From: an uncultured Planctomycetota bacterium
GTDB taxonomy: Bacteria; Planctomycetota; Planctomycetia; Pirellulales; Lacipirellulaceae
NCBI GenBank assembly: GCA_963719315.1
Contig: CAVRBU010000001.1
Span: 608,001 to 672,000, forward strand
Direction of reading: 5' to 3'
Length of the DNA: 64,000 nt
Under the pieces are notes generated by a model, which saw only the letters and a list, made by a program, of their open reading frames with translations, did not search any database and had not been told where the DNA came from. The stretch's first letter is position 1. Every line of letters begins with the position of its first letter. Made by a program: the position numbers and the translations under genes. Shown here piece after piece: positions 20,653-33,229 of this stretch.

Positions 20653-21996
20653 ATGGAAAAACAGGAACACACGTCCAAATGGGATGAGTTGGCGCGAGAA
20701 CTAGGCGCCGAAATTCCGCCGGAAATCGAGCAACGCGAGGCGACTGTTGCGGCATACAAGCCGCCGCTTAAGGAAACAGCTCAATCGCCGGCAGATTCGT
20801 CTGAAACCCTTCCGCCTCCACCAAAGAAGATCGCCGCGGATTGGGATAGTCTGGCAGGCGAATTGGGACTTCCTCCCGCGCCGGCAGAAGAGAAGTCTGC
20901 CAAGTCACGTACCGAGAATCTGACGGCAGTGCTTGAAGAGTCGCAGCATGAGGAACCCCGGCGAATAGAGACGCGGCGGCCAGAAGGGCGTCGACAGGAA
21001 AGTGGCCGGCATGAAGAACGAGAACAGGAACCGCCGCGAGAAACGACTCGGCACGAACCTCCTCGCCGCCAAGTTTCAGCGGGTCGCAGGCAGGAACGAC
21101 CACCGCGCGAAGATCGCGGCGAGCAGCGGAATCGCCGCGAGCGTTCAGGCAATCGCGGGAATGAAGGAGGTCAGCGTGGCGGCAATCGCCGGACGCCGCG
21201 CGACGTTGATTCCGAGAACGAAGCAGATCGGGAAATAAAGCCAGCGCCAGAAGTTAGTCGAGAGTCGCGTGCCGAGCAAAGACCAGAGTCGCCTGCACCG
21301 GTACGGGAGGAGCCTCCGAAGCCGGCGGCCGTGAGCTTGTGGCACAAGATCTTTGGTTCGCCTGCCGAGCAAACCGCGAAATTGACCGATGAGCCGAATG
21401 GCCCGGAGGTGTCGAATCCGATTGAAATGCGCGATGAACCGCGCGAAGCGGGCAGCGGATTTGTTGATCCTCATGCGGACGAAGCAGTGACTGAGGGCGA
21501 TCGATTGCCGGCATCGACGGAAGAGAGGGAATCATCGGATCGACCGCGCGGCCGTTCCCGGCGGCGTCGGGGACGAGGCCGCGGCCGTCGGTCCGAATCG
21601 GAACGAGAAGAGGGTCGTTCAAATGAAGGTCGCACCGGTGAGCCTCGTTCCGGCCCAAGTCGCGGTCGTCAGAGGCCACGCCCGACAGAACGCGACGAGA
21701 GAAAAGACAACGATCGTTTTGCTGAGGATGAACTCGACGACGATTTGGATTCCGACGATCCGCTCGCCGCATTGGCGAACGAGGCCGATGACAGTGAAGA
21801 CGGCGACGAAGTGCCAGTCGGCGCAATGCGCGGCCGATCGGCGCTGCAACGTGCAATTCCGACCTGGGACGAAGCTATCGGTTTCATCGTGGACTCAAAC
21901 ATGGAGAGCCGGTCGCAACGGCGTCCGCCCTCGCGCACCGGACCGCGAGATGGAGGCAGAGGACGTGGTGGTCGCGGCCGACGCAAGCCCCAGTGA
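20653..21996 (+). CDS. Hypothetical disordered Arg/Glu-rich protein
   Basis: Low-complexity R/E/G/P-rich ORF with WDxLAxELG repeats, IPTWDEAIG motif and a C-terminal RGG tail. Confidence 0.7.
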   Translation: MEKQEHTSKWDELARELGAEIPPEIEQREATVAAYKPPLKETAQSPADSSETLPPPPKKIAADWDSLAGELGLPPAPAEEKSAKSRTENLTAVLEESQHEEPRRIETRRPEGRRQESGRHEEREQEPPRETTRHEPPRRQVSAGRRQERPPREDRGEQRNRRERSGNRGNEGGQRGGNRRTPRDVDSENEADREIKPAPEVSRESRAEQRPESPAPVREEPPKPAAVSLWHKIFGSPAEQTAKLTDEPNGPEVSNPIEMRDEPREAGSGFVDPHADEAVTEGDRLPASTEERESSDRPRGRSRRRRGRGRGRRSESEREEGRSNEGRTGEPRSGPSRGRQRPRPTERDERKDNDRFAEDELDDDLDSDDPLAALANEADDSEDGDEVPVGAMRGRSALQRAIPTWDEAIGFIVDSNMESRSQRRPPSRTGPRDGGRGRGGRGRRKPQ

Positions 21997-22583
21997 TTCT
22001 AGCTCGCAAGAACTTTCAAAAAGCGTAAATTGTGCGCTTGAATCGGTGGTGAATACCTTCCGGCGCGAAGTATTTGTCCAGTAATCCAGCAATGTTGCCG
22101 CGAATCGCCAGCCTGCCGATTATCGCTGTAACCATTTATGGGTTAAGGCGTTGCGTCGTTTTCGCCTGGGAGTGGCAAACGCCATAATTTGCCCTCTCGT
22201 CAAACTCTATGTTGCCGAGATTCAAATTTCAACCGATACTTAAGTAAGAAGAGGTGCGACTCGACCTTCGCACGAGTCGCGGCCAAGCGAGCGGTTTGGC
22301 CGACACACCACCACCTATTTCCGCTCTTTGCCAATCTCTAACTGTGTGCAATCTGGCACGCGTTGGAACCATATCCCACGTCTGGCCGGTTGTGCGCATC
22401 CGGGCCAAACTTCTTCTGGCGTGACGGCAAACATTCTGCTACGAACACGCACCGAGTGGTTGGCGCGGTGCGCATGGCATATGGTCTAGTGACGCGGTGC
22501 GCGCAGCCACATTGTCTGCGACAGCGAAACTACTTCGTTGCCTGCAGCCGAATCGATCGAGAATTACGGAACACAGACGGAAT

Positions 22584-22598
22584 TGGCACAAGGGTCGC
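22584..22598 (+). promoter_or_regulatory. Possible sigma-54 promoter upstream of prkA
   Basis: TGGCAC-N5-TCGC (GG-N10-GC spacing) about 210 bp before the prkA start. Confidence 0.3.
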
Positions 22599-22810
22599 CC
22601 AACGATCACGAAGATAGATTTGGCGACGACGATCGCCCGCCGGATAGGACTTAGTAGGAAAGGAAGCCCCTCGTCACAACAACTTGGATAGCAGGTAGCG
22701 CATAAGTGGAGCCTGGCTCGTCGGAAGAAAGTCCGCCGCCCGGCGCCACGGAGTGCGATGCTACTGATCACGCGTCCGGCGCGGTCGAAGTCGCTCACAG
22801 GAGAAAGAAA

Positions 22811-24867
<2,057 letters not shown>

Positions 24868-24871
<4 letters not shown>

Positions 24872-24922
24872 GTCAGGCCTTAGCCTGACAACCACAGCAT
24901 GTCAGGCTAAAGCCTGACCTAC
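24868..24922. repeat. Inverted REP doublet (REPIN-like)
   Basis: GTAGGTCAGGCCTTAGCCTGAC-11 nt-GTCAGGCTAAAGCCTGACCTAC. The first GTAG supplies the prkA TAG stop. Confidence 0.75.
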
Positions 24923-24926
24923 GCCC

Positions 24927-26039
24927 ATGATCATGAAAATCGAGCGCGATCAGCGCCGCTTCCGCCAAATCGTTCGCGGCAAGATCCGTCAAAACCTGCG
25001 CAAATACGTGACGCACGGCGAAATGATCGGCCGCAAGGGTCGCGATCTTGTCAGCATCCCGGTGCCGCAGCTCGATGTGCCTCATTTCCGCTTCGGCGAC
25101 AACGGAGCGGGCGGCGTGGGACAAGGCGAGGGCGAAGAAGGTCAGCCGATTGCGAAGGGCGGCGATCCGCAAAATGGCCAAGGTCCGGCCGGCAGCGACC
25201 CGGGCGGCGGGCACCTGCTCGAAGTCGATATTTCTCTGGAGGAGTTGGCCGAAATACTGGGCGAGGAGCTGGAATTGCCGCGGATCGAGCCGCGGGGTCA
25301 GGCTTCGATCGTCCAGGAGAAATCGAAATACAACAGCATCCGCCAAACGGGCCCCGAGTCGCTGCGGCATTTCAAGCGCACCTATTTGAAAGCGCTGCGC
25401 CGACAGATTTCAACCGGAGCTTACGAACCCGACGATCCGCGCGTCATTCCCATCAAGTCCGACAAGCAATACCGATCGTGGAATACGGTTGAACATCCCG
25501 AAGTCAACGCGGCAGTCATCTACATGATGGATGTTTCAGGTTCGATGACCGACGAGCAAAAAGAGATCGTACGGACCGAAGCGTTTTGGATCGATACCTG
25601 GCTTTCCAGCCAGTACAAGGGCATCGAAACGCGGTATATCATCCACGACGCGGTCGCCAAAGAGGTCGACGAAAACACATTCTATCACACGCGCGAAAGT
25701 GGCGGCACGCGGATCAGTTCGGCGTATAAGGCCTGCGCGAAGTTGATCGAAGAAGAATTCCCGGCGTCCGAGTGGAACCTGTACTGCTTCCAGTTTTCCG
25801 ACGGCGACAATTGGGGCGAAGACAACGAAGAAGCGTTCAAGATTTTGGGAGAGCAACTCTTGCCGATCGTCAACTTGTTCTGCTACGGGCAGGTCGAAAG
25901 CCCGTATGGGAGCGGTGAGTTTTTGGGCTACTTGCAGGGCCGCTTCGGCGAGCGGCACGAGTCGCTCGTCCTCTCCGAAATCGAGGACAAGGATGCTATC
26001 TACGAGTCGATCAAGATGTTTCTGGGCAAGGGACGCTAA
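24927..26039 (+). CDS. DUF444 (YeaH/YhbH) vWA-like protein
   Basis: [27 protein letters not shown], located between prkA and spoVR. Confidence 0.9.
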   Translation: MIMKIERDQRRFRQIVRGKIRQNLRKYVTHGEMIGRKGRDLVSIPVPQLDVPHFRFGDNGAGGVGQGEGEEGQPIAKGGDPQNGQGPAGSDPGGGHLLEVDISLEELAEILGEELELPRIEPRGQASIVQEKSKYNSIRQTGPESLRHFKRTYLKALRRQISTGAYEPDDPRVIPIKSDKQYRSWNTVEHPEVNAAVIYMMDVSGSMTDEQKEIVRTEAFWIDTWLSSQYKGIETRYIIHDAVAKEVDENTFYHTRESGGTRISSAYKACAKLIEEEFPASEWNLYCFQFSDGDNWGEDNEEAFKILGEQLLPIVNLFCYGQVESPYGSGEFLGYLQGRFGERHESLVLSEIEDKDAIYESIKMFLGKGR

Positions 26040-26075
26040 AAGTTTGGGCAAATACAACGGCCAGAGGCACTACTA

Positions 26076-26267
26076 ATGACCACCATACATGAATCCTTGA
26101 AAACCTACCGAGTTCGCGTCGGGCATTGGGAAATAGACCTCAAAGCACACACGGCGGAAGAAGCAATTCAACTTGCGCAGCGCGCAATGGCATGCGAGTT
26201 GCCCCGGCTGTACGACGTGATTAGGAGCCTGACCTACAACCGCTTTCAAGTGGAGGACGCCGCATAG
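26076..26267 (+). CDS. Small hypothetical protein
   Basis: 63-aa ORF with GAGG RBS, inside the operon. Confidence 0.55.
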   Translation: MTTIHESLKTYRVRVGHWEIDLKAHTAEEAIQLAQRAMACELPRLYDVIRSLTYNRFQVEDAA

Positions 26268-26270
26268 GAA

Positions 26271-26349
26271 GGATAGTCGATAGTGGTCGGTTGTAAGTTG
26301 ACCAATCAGCGAACAACCAACAACTATCCACTGACAACGAACAACTAGC
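26271..26349. repeat. Heptamer-based imperfect inverted repeat
   Basis: GATAGTC-GATAGTG-GTCGGTT ... GAACAAC-CAACAAC-TATCCAC-TGACAAC-GAACAAC. Confidence 0.6.
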
Positions 26350-26357
26350 AGAATTAA

Positions 26358-27908
26358 ATGGCCACCGTCGAAACTTCAAATTTGCCGCCGCATCTTGTGC
26401 CAATTCAACGCGAAATGGAGGACTACGCGCGCGGACACGGCCTCGATTTCTTTCCCACGATCTTCGAGTACATCGACGCCGACCGGCTCAACGCGATCGC
26501 GGCCAAAGGCGGCTTCCCCGTCCGCTATCCGCATTGGCGGTTTGGCATGGAATACGAAAAGCTCAGCAAGGGCTATCACCACGGATTGCAAAAAATCTAT
26601 GAAATGGTGATTAACAACGATCCCTGCTACGCCTACTTGATGACGAACAACGGCCTCGTGGACCAGAAGTTGGTGATGGCTCACGTCTACGGCCATTGCG
26701 ACTTTTTCAAGAACAACTTTTGGTTCAGCAAGACCAGCCGCAAGATGATGGATGAGATGGCCAACCATGGCAATCGCGTGCGGCGGCACATGGATGAAGT
26801 TGGCGTGGAAGAGGTCGAGGAGTTCATCGACGCCTGCCACAGTCTGGAGGATCAGATTGATATTCACTCGCCGTTCATTCGCCGCCGCGACGAAAAGAAC
26901 CGCTACGACTTCGACCGCGAAAAGGACAAAAAAGACGACGGCGACCTAGATGGACCGCCGCGGTTCCGGTCCAAGAACTACATGGATTCGTTCATCAACC
27001 CCCGCGACAAGTTGGCCGCGGCGGCCAAAGAGATGGAAGAAAAACGTCGTGAGCCCAAGCCGTTCCCCGAAAGACCGGAGCGCGACCTGTTGTTATTTCT
27101 GCTGGAGCAAGCGCCGCTCAACGCCTGGCAGACGGATGTGCTGTCGATCGTCCGCGACGAGGCTTACTACTTCGCCCCCCAGGCCCAGACCAAGATCATG
27201 AACGAGGGTTGGGCCAGTTTCTGGCATTCCACGATCATGACCCGTCAGGGGCTCACATCGGCCGAGGTCGTCAACTACTGCGACCATCACAGTGGCACGA
27301 TGGCCAGCTCGCAGATGCAACTCAACCCCTACAAGCTGGGCATCGAGCTGTTTCGAGACATCGAAGACCGCTGGAACCGCGGGGCTTTCGGCAAAGACTA
27401 CAATGAGTGCGACGACTACCGTACCCGCCGCGATTGGAACACCGACGCCGGCCTGGGCCGCGAGAAAATCTTCGAAGTCCGCCGGATCCACAACGATCTG
27501 ACGTTCATTGACGAGTTCCTGACACTCGATTTCGTTCGCGAACAGAAGCTTTTTAAATTTGGCTACAATTCCAGCACCGAGTATTATGAAATTGAGACGC
27601 GCGAGTTTCCCCGAGTGAAGAAGCAACTGCTGGCCAGCCTCACCAACTTGGGCCGGCCGCCGATTGCCGTTCGCGACGGAAACTACAAGAACCGAGGCGA
27701 ACTGTTCCTGGAGCACAACTACACCGGCGTGGAGCTGCAACTCGATTACGCCAAAGAGACGCTCCGCAATTTGCAAAAGTTGTGGAGCCGGCCCGTACAC
27801 TTGGAAACTGTGCTGGAGGACGCGCGCACGGTGATTTCATTCGACGGAACGGAACACGAAATCGAAAAGGGAGAACCGATCGAACTTGCGGAGGGGGCCC
27901 AACTATGA
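26358..27908 (+). CDS. spoVR: SpoVR/YcgB family protein
   Basis: YPHWRFG, YEMVIN, AHVYGHCDFFKNN, TKIMNEGWASFWH, NPYKLG. Confidence 0.92.
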   Translation: MATVETSNLPPHLVPIQREMEDYARGHGLDFFPTIFEYIDADRLNAIAAKGGFPVRYPHWRFGMEYEKLSKGYHHGLQKIYEMVINNDPCYAYLMTNNGLVDQKLVMAHVYGHCDFFKNNFWFSKTSRKMMDEMANHGNRVRRHMDEVGVEEVEEFIDACHSLEDQIDIHSPFIRRRDEKNRYDFDREKDKKDDGDLDGPPRFRSKNYMDSFINPRDKLAAAAKEMEEKRREPKPFPERPERDLLLFLLEQAPLNAWQTDVLSIVRDEAYYFAPQAQTKIMNEGWASFWHSTIMTRQGLTSAEVVNYCDHHSGTMASSQMQLNPYKLGIELFRDIEDRWNRGAFGKDYNECDDYRTRRDWNTDAGLGREKIFEVRRIHNDLTFIDEFLTLDFVREQKLFKFGYNSSTEYYEIETREFPRVKKQLLASLTNLGRPPIAVRDGNYKNRGELFLEHNYTGVELQLDYAKETLRNLQKLWSRPVHLETVLEDARTVISFDGTEHEIEKGEPIELAEGAQL

Positions 27909-28378
27909 AAATGCACCAACAATTCGAGCAAGAGCTTGCGAACATCGGCAGCGGCGGCGCGGCCACGGTGGCCGTCGACGTTCAGCCACGCACGTTAACC
28001 TGCGACATCGTGGAGCGCAACGCGCTCGCCGTGTCGTTCAATCAGGTGCGGTTGACGACGGCGGAGCTCGCCTCCGCCGACGCAGCCCGTCTCGAGCGGA
28101 TCGGCAAAGCGCTCGCCGCAAAGCTCACGTATCTCATGGAGCCGATCAGCCCGATCGAAATCGACGCACAAGGCTGCGTCGTTCAACTCCGCAGTAGCCC
28201 GCCCCAACGCGACGACGACGGCCGCAGCTATTACGAGCTGACCGTCCGCCGCGGCGGCGAGATTGCACTCAGCCGCTATTACAAAGAAAACCGCGGCGCT
28301 CGTCGCCCGATCGCGGCCAACGTCACGCGCGAAGTGCTGCTGCGGCTGGTGGGGGATTTCAGTGCAGTGCTGGATTAA
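27905..28378 (+). CDS. Hypothetical protein, translationally coupled to spoVR
   Basis: ATGA overlap with the spoVR stop; globular-looking 157-aa ORF. Confidence 0.7.
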   Translation: MKMHQQFEQELANIGSGGAATVAVDVQPRTLTCDIVERNALAVSFNQVRLTTAELASADAARLERIGKALAAKLTYLMEPISPIEIDAQGCVVQLRSSPPQRDDDGRSYYELTVRRGGEIALSRYYKENRGARRPIAANVTREVLLRLVGDFSAVLD

Positions 28379-28528
28379 TCGTGTCGCAATCTTAGTGATC
28401 AACTTGCCCCATAGCGCTCGCGAATCGTGTGGATGAGCCATTTGACCCTGGTGCCACTCTGTAACTACAGGCGAAATTAGGATAGGATTGCATGCCCTAC
28501 GACTTGAAAACCCTTTTCCGCTGTCTTC

Positions 28529-29383
28529 ATGCAACGTCCCGCTCAAATTTCTTCCGCCGAATCGATCCCGCACAGCCTCACACCGGCTGGCGGCGGGTGG
28601 CATTGCAGCCATCTGTTTTACTCCTTCGATCGCACGGCGCTCACCCGATTCACATCGGACGACCGCGCCGCCGGTTCCCGCGATCTAGTTGCGGCACTTG
28701 ATCGGGCTGGCGGCGAAGCGCCGCTGCGGCTGCAGACAACGATCACTAGCGGCCAAAAAGCCGACTTCGGCGTCATGCTGCTCGACCCCGATCCGCTCAA
28801 GATCGACCGCGTCCACCAGCGGCTCATGGCTGGCCAGTTGGGCCCGGCGATCGTTCCGCGGTGGTCCTTCGTCTCGATGACCGAAATCAGCGAATACGTG
28901 CAATCGACCGAGGAATTCGGTGATAGGCTAGTTGCCGAGGGCATGGACGCGAACGGCGCCGAATACAAAACCCGCGTGAAGGGCTATGCCGACCGCCTCG
29001 TCTCAATGAATCACCAACGGCTGACGCCCGATTTCCCGCCCTACTCGGCAACTTGCTTCTACCCGATGAACAAGAAGCGTAAAGTCGGCGAGAATTGGTT
29101 CACGCTTCCCAAGGAAGAACGTAGCCGGCTGATGATCGAGCACGCCCGCAGCGGCATGGCCTTCGCTGGCCGAGTATCGCAGCTCATCACGGTGGGCTTG
29201 GGCGTCGAAGACTGGGAATGGGGCGTCACGCTCTGGGCCGCCAATCCCGAATACCTCAAGGAAATCGTCTACCGGATGCGGTTTGACGAAGCGTCCGCCC
29301 GCTACGCCGAGTTCGGACCGTTCTATACGGGCTATGTGGCCACGGCCGCCGATATTCTGAAGCATTGTCAAATCGCCACGTAG
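28529..29383 (+). CDS. hemQ: Chlorite dismutase-family coproheme decarboxylase (ChdC/HemQ-like)
   Basis: CFYPMNKKR (catalytic Tyr), NWFTLP..ER..LM.EH (proximal His), distal Gln in RVSQLIT, EWGVTL, MRFDEASARYAEFGPF. Confidence 0.8.
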   Translation: MQRPAQISSAESIPHSLTPAGGGWHCSHLFYSFDRTALTRFTSDDRAAGSRDLVAALDRAGGEAPLRLQTTITSGQKADFGVMLLDPDPLKIDRVHQRLMAGQLGPAIVPRWSFVSMTEISEYVQSTEEFGDRLVAEGMDANGAEYKTRVKGYADRLVSMNHQRLTPDFPPYSATCFYPMNKKRKVGENWFTLPKEERSRLMIEHARSGMAFAGRVSQLITVGLGVEDWEWGVTLWAANPEYLKEIVYRMRFDEASARYAEFGPFYTGYVATAADILKHCQIAT

Positions 29384-29480
29384 TAGGGCCTTCCGATAGC
29401 GCATTGCGAGTCTCGGAGAGAATTGCCCACGTGGCTGCGACTATCTGAGACGCGGAACAAGGCAGCCGCCCTGCACACTA

Positions 29481-30712
29481 GTGGTCTGTCTCGATTTAGT
29501 TGACGGGTGCTAGTACGGGATAAAGTCGTTTAATCTTGATCCTGGCATCGGCGGCGGTGAATTGCCAGTCGACGCGGACTGGTTGTTGGTTGCGGGGTTG
29601 TTCCCATGCGTGAACTTCGCTCTCCAGGCGGGCTCGGGAATCGATCCGTTGGTCCAGGCACTGCCTTCCCAGCACGGACAATTCACATTCCGCCATGTTC
29701 AGCCAACTGGCGTGCTTGGGGGTGTGATGCACTTCAAACCGCTCCCACAACCGTCGCGCCTCGTCAGGCGGGAAGATCGCGTACAGCACGGACAGCTTGT
29801 GCGTATTCAGGTTGTCCATGACCAGCACGATCTTCTCCGCCGTCGGGTACTGCTCGTCGGCGATGTTGCGCAGCAGGTCGGCGAAATCCGCCTTCGCGCG
29901 ACGTTCGGTGACCTTCACCCGGCGGCGGCCCGCCAAAGGTTCGCAGACCATGAACAGATTCGCTGTTCCCCGCCGTTCGTATTCGTAATCCTGTCGCGCC
30001 GGCTGCCCCGGCTCCATCGGCAGCGGCGGCGTGACGTCGGCCACCAATTGCTTGGTGGCTTCGTCGACGCACACGACTGGCCGTTGCTCGTCGTAGGGAC
30101 GCTGATAGACCTCCAGAACGTCTTCCATCGCGGCAACATAGTCCGCGTCATGCGGCTTAGGCAGAACCCACTGCTCTTTCAACCAGGGCTTAAGCTCGTT
30201 TTTTTCAGTGCGCTGCGCACGGCGTCCTTGCTGATCGACTCGACGATCTCCAGTTCGACCAACTTGTCGGCCAGCAGTCGCAAGGTCCAGCGGGCGCGTC
30301 CTTCCGGAGCCGGTCCGCAGGCCACGGCGATCAAGCGGGCCTCCTGTTGGCCGTCCAACTTTCGAGGGCGATGCCGGCTCTTAGGCTTCCATTCCAAGGC
30401 AACGTTCAGGCCCTGCTCGACGTACGCCTGTCGCACGTCATGCACCAATCCCACGCTGACGTCCAACGCTTCGCAAATCTCCTGGTCGGTCCGACCCGAC
30501 CCCGTGACGCCGGCGTCCGCCTTGAGCAGCACCTGGGCTCGGCGACGCTTGCCCGCCGCCACCTTGCCTCGTCCCACCACCGCCGCCAATTCCTCTCGCT
30601 CTTCCCCAGTCAACCGCACCACATACTTCGTGTTGTAGTTCATTTTCTCGCCTCCTGTGAAAAACCTGAAGACGTTATGCTATCCCCTAACTACTGAACA
30701 ACGACAGACCAC
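29481..30712 (-). mobile_element. IS630 family insertion sequence, apparently complete
   Basis: Terminal inverted repeats GTGGTCTGTC / GACAGACCAC flanked by duplicated TA within CTAG; two-ORF transposase. Confidence 0.9.
29496..30643 (-). CDS. IS630 transposase (HTH orfA 30179..30643 plus DDE orfB, programmed frameshift)
   Basis: orfA WTLRLLAD. orfB VCVDE, VMDNLNTH, TPKHASWLNMAE. A7 slippery run (plus-strand T7 at 30199-30205). Confidence 0.9.
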
Positions 30713-30903
30713 TAGGGTGCCGCCGGCACTTCCTGGCCGGGTTTCACCCCAGGTGCTACGGCCTCGTCCAAAGTCATGATATAGATCACGATCCCGACAA
30801 GCATCGCGATCACCGCCCAAAACCGCCAGTCGTGATGGATGGGCCGCTTCTTTTGCGGCTGGCCGTGGTGCTCGTGACCGGAATGCGAATGCTCGTGCGA
30901 CAT
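30712..30903 (-). CDS. Small His-rich membrane protein
   Basis: MSHEHSHSGHEHH...HHDWRFW plus one TM helix; GGAG RBS. The stop codon coincides with the IS630 CTAG target. Confidence 0.65.
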   Translation of the reverse strand: MSHEHSHSGHEHHGQPQKKRPIHHDWRFWAVIAMLVGIVIYIMTLDEAVAPGVKPGQEVPAAP

Positions 30904-31089
30904 GCGAACGGCGCTCCTCGAAGCGTTGGGTAATCCAGTAAAGTCGTGATAACGCGTGAGTACCAGGATAACCGCTGCCCCGCACTGCATCAACATTTAT
31001 CGCGACTTCGGGCGGAGCCTTAATTGGTGCGGGTTTCCCGACGCCGCACGAGCCTCGACCGATGGTTTCCCGTGCGAAGCAAACCTTCC

Positions 31090-32583
31090 TCACCGTGCAT
31101 CATCAAACACGCCCGCACGGTACAGTGGCAGGTGGCGGTAGTACACTTCTAGTGTGTAGATCGAGAGGCAGGTCACGTACAGGCGCCCGCCGGCGTCGCC
31201 CCAACGGTCGCCTTTGGGATCCCAACTACCTCTCTCTTTCCCACGTTTTTCCTGGTGGAGCGGCAGCAACTCGCGCATCTGCTCGTTCCACGCGCGCCAC
31301 GGTTTGCCTTCCATGTGGTGCAATACCTGCGTCGCGTAGTACCAGGAGTAGGCGTTGCGCTCGTCCCAAGCGGGCTTTTTGGTCAGGAGATACTTGACGC
31401 CGGCATTGAGCCGCGGATCATCGTGCGGCCAGCCCAGGTATTGGCGGCACAACAGGCCCTCGGCCGTTAGCGGCCGCGTTGCGCCGGCCCTAATCTGGTA
31501 GGCATAGCGGGATCCGTCCTCGCGCGCAACCTGGTCCAGGAAGTTCGTGATCCGTTCAAAAACGGGGCTGGGCACCTCGATGCCGCCCATTCGCGCGCTT
31601 TGCAACGCCATCACGAACCAGCCGGTGACCGACATATCGCTGTCTTCTCCGGGATTGTATCGCCAGCCCCCTTCGGGCGCTTGAATGCGAACGCAATAAT
31701 CCACCGCCTTTTGGGCTGCGTCGTAGTATTCCGCGTCACCCGTCATCGCATACAGTTCGCACAGGGCGATCGTGCACTGGGCCTGCGTATAGAGTTGATG
31801 GGAAGGCGGAGCATCGCCGGCGTGAAAGAATCGACCGTCCTTATCCATCCTCCTCGAAAGCGCGCTCCAGCCGCGCCGAACGATCGGTCCGTACTCTCCT
31901 TTTGCCGAATCGCTGGCCGGCGTGTAGCCGGCCCCTTGAAACGCCAACAGAGCCATCGCCGAAGCAGATTCCGGGTTTTCCGATCCCGAACCGTCGGCAT
32001 AGGGCCCTTTCAAATTCCACAACCCGTTGCGCTGTTGTTGTGCGGCGAGCCAGCGCAGGCCCAGAGCGACAGCGCCCTCCGTCTTCGCCGTGCCGCCGCC
32101 GGAAAGTAGCATGGCCTCCTTCATGCCCGGCTCACGGCCCGTGAGTGCGATGCCGATCGCCGTCGGAGCGAGGGTCGGGCCGGTCGCGGCTGCCGGCACG
32201 GGCGTGATCTCTGCGATGTTCGGTGTGGAAAGTGGATCTTCGACGACTGGCAGGTTTTGCGCAGTTACAACGGTGTTGTCCACCTCAAACTGATTTTGCA
32301 CCGTATCGAGATCATTCTCGATCGGGTCGCCTACATCGTCGCTGTAGCCGGCATCGAGCAGTAGGTCGGTTTTCATGTGGGCTTGCACGATCATCAAGCC
32401 GAAGATGATCATCACCAACATGTGAACAACCGCGCTCACCAGCCACGGCGGCGACTCGCGAACCATCGTGCCGAGGTCAATTAGCTGCGGTTCGGCGGCG
32501 TCGGCGGGCGTGGACTCGGCGCGAACGGAGGCGATCGCCGTCCCCACGTTTATCGCGGGCGGTCGTGACGGAAAGTCGACCAT
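31090..32583 (-). CDS. Prenyltransferase/squalene-oxidase repeat (terpene cyclase/mutase-like) membrane protein
   Basis: SAVVHML TM segment, GLRWLAAQQ..NG.W, Q..EGGWRY, DMSVTGW, GSWDP, LEVYYRHLP. Confidence 0.82.
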   Translation of the reverse strand: MVDFPSRPPAINVGTAIASVRAESTPADAAEPQLIDLGTMVRESPPWLVSAVVHMLVMIIFGLMIVQAHMKTDLLLDAGYSDDVGDPIENDLDTVQNQFEVDNTVVTAQNLPVVEDPLSTPNIAEITPVPAAATGPTLAPTAIGIALTGREPGMKEAMLLSGGGTAKTEGAVALGLRWLAAQQQRNGLWNLKGPYADGSGSENPESASAMALLAFQGAGYTPASDSAKGEYGPIVRRGWSALSRRMDKDGRFFHAGDAPPSHQLYTQAQCTIALCELYAMTGDAEYYDAAQKAVDYCVRIQAPEGGWRYNPGEDSDMSVTGWFVMALQSARMGGIEVPSPVFERITNFLDQVAREDGSRYAYQIRAGATRPLTAEGLLCRQYLGWPHDDPRLNAGVKYLLTKKPAWDERNAYSWYYATQVLHHMEGKPWRAWNEQMRELLPLHQEKRGKERGSWDPKGDRWGDAGGRLYVTCLSIYTLEVYYRHLPLYRAGVFDDAR

Positions 32584-32740
32584 AGCACGAGTTTCTCTGT
32601 TCCTACCCGCCGGATTGGCCGCGAGCGCTTCAAACGGGTCTTAATACCAGCATAAACTGCAGACTCAATTAAATCTATCGGCGACGCCCAAGGCCGGCAA
32701 GGAAAGCGGTACGACACCCAGGGCCTTTCACATTTCCGCG

Positions 32741-32946
32741 CTACTGGTCTGTCGTCGCTTTGCAACTAGGGGATAGCATACCGCCTTCTGGTTTTTCACA
32801 GGAGGCGAGTAAATGAACTGCAACACGAAGTTTGTGGTGCGGTTGACTGGGGAAGAACGGGCAGAATTAACGGCGGTGGTGGGGCGAGGCGAGGTGGCGA
32901 CGGGCAAGCGTCGCCGAGCACAGGTGCTGCTCAATGCGGACGGCGG
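32741..32946 (+). mobile_element. Truncated, diverged IS630 end with the start of orfA
   Basis: CTACTGGTCTGTC end and ggaggcgagtaaATGAACTGCAACACGAAGTTTGTGGTGCGGTTGACTGGGGAAGA match the reverse complement of ~30510-30715. Confidence 0.8.
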
Positions 32947-33229
32947 AGAAGATGATCGCCTTCCTAGCGAGCTTTCGAAATGAGTGCAAAAACTGGGGTT
33001 CAAACCTCTAACCTCCATCCGTTATTGCAATAATCGGTTATGCTAGGTTCATAGAAGTAGGAGAACGGCAATGTCCAATGCCAAGAGGAAAGATTCATGT
33101 TTTCGGCCAGCGAAGACCCAGAGGGCTTCTAGTTGGCTGGCGGAAAAATGGACCAGACCTCGACTCTGCAGTTCTCTCGACAAGTGCAGTTACCACCTTT
33201 GATTCCATTCTAAGTTGTTGTCTTTTGTC

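Noticed and set aside
28529..29383. Chlorite dismutase
   Set aside because: Has Gln rather than the distal Arg and keeps the FYPM Tyr, fitting coproheme decarboxylase.
29562..30638. 358-aa plus-strand ORF
   Set aside because: Antisense shadow of the IS630 transposase.
31090..32583. Possible squalene-hopene cyclase or terpene cluster
   Set aside because: No DXDD motif, too short and N-terminally membrane anchored; this repeat family is common in planctomycetes and no terpene genes are adjacent.
32995..33020. GGGGTTCAAACCTCTAACCTCCA resembles a tRNA T-arm/3' end or att site
   Set aside because: No D-arm, anticodon arm or acceptor pairing upstream, no integrase nearby, and it lies within the duplicated ggt upstream region.
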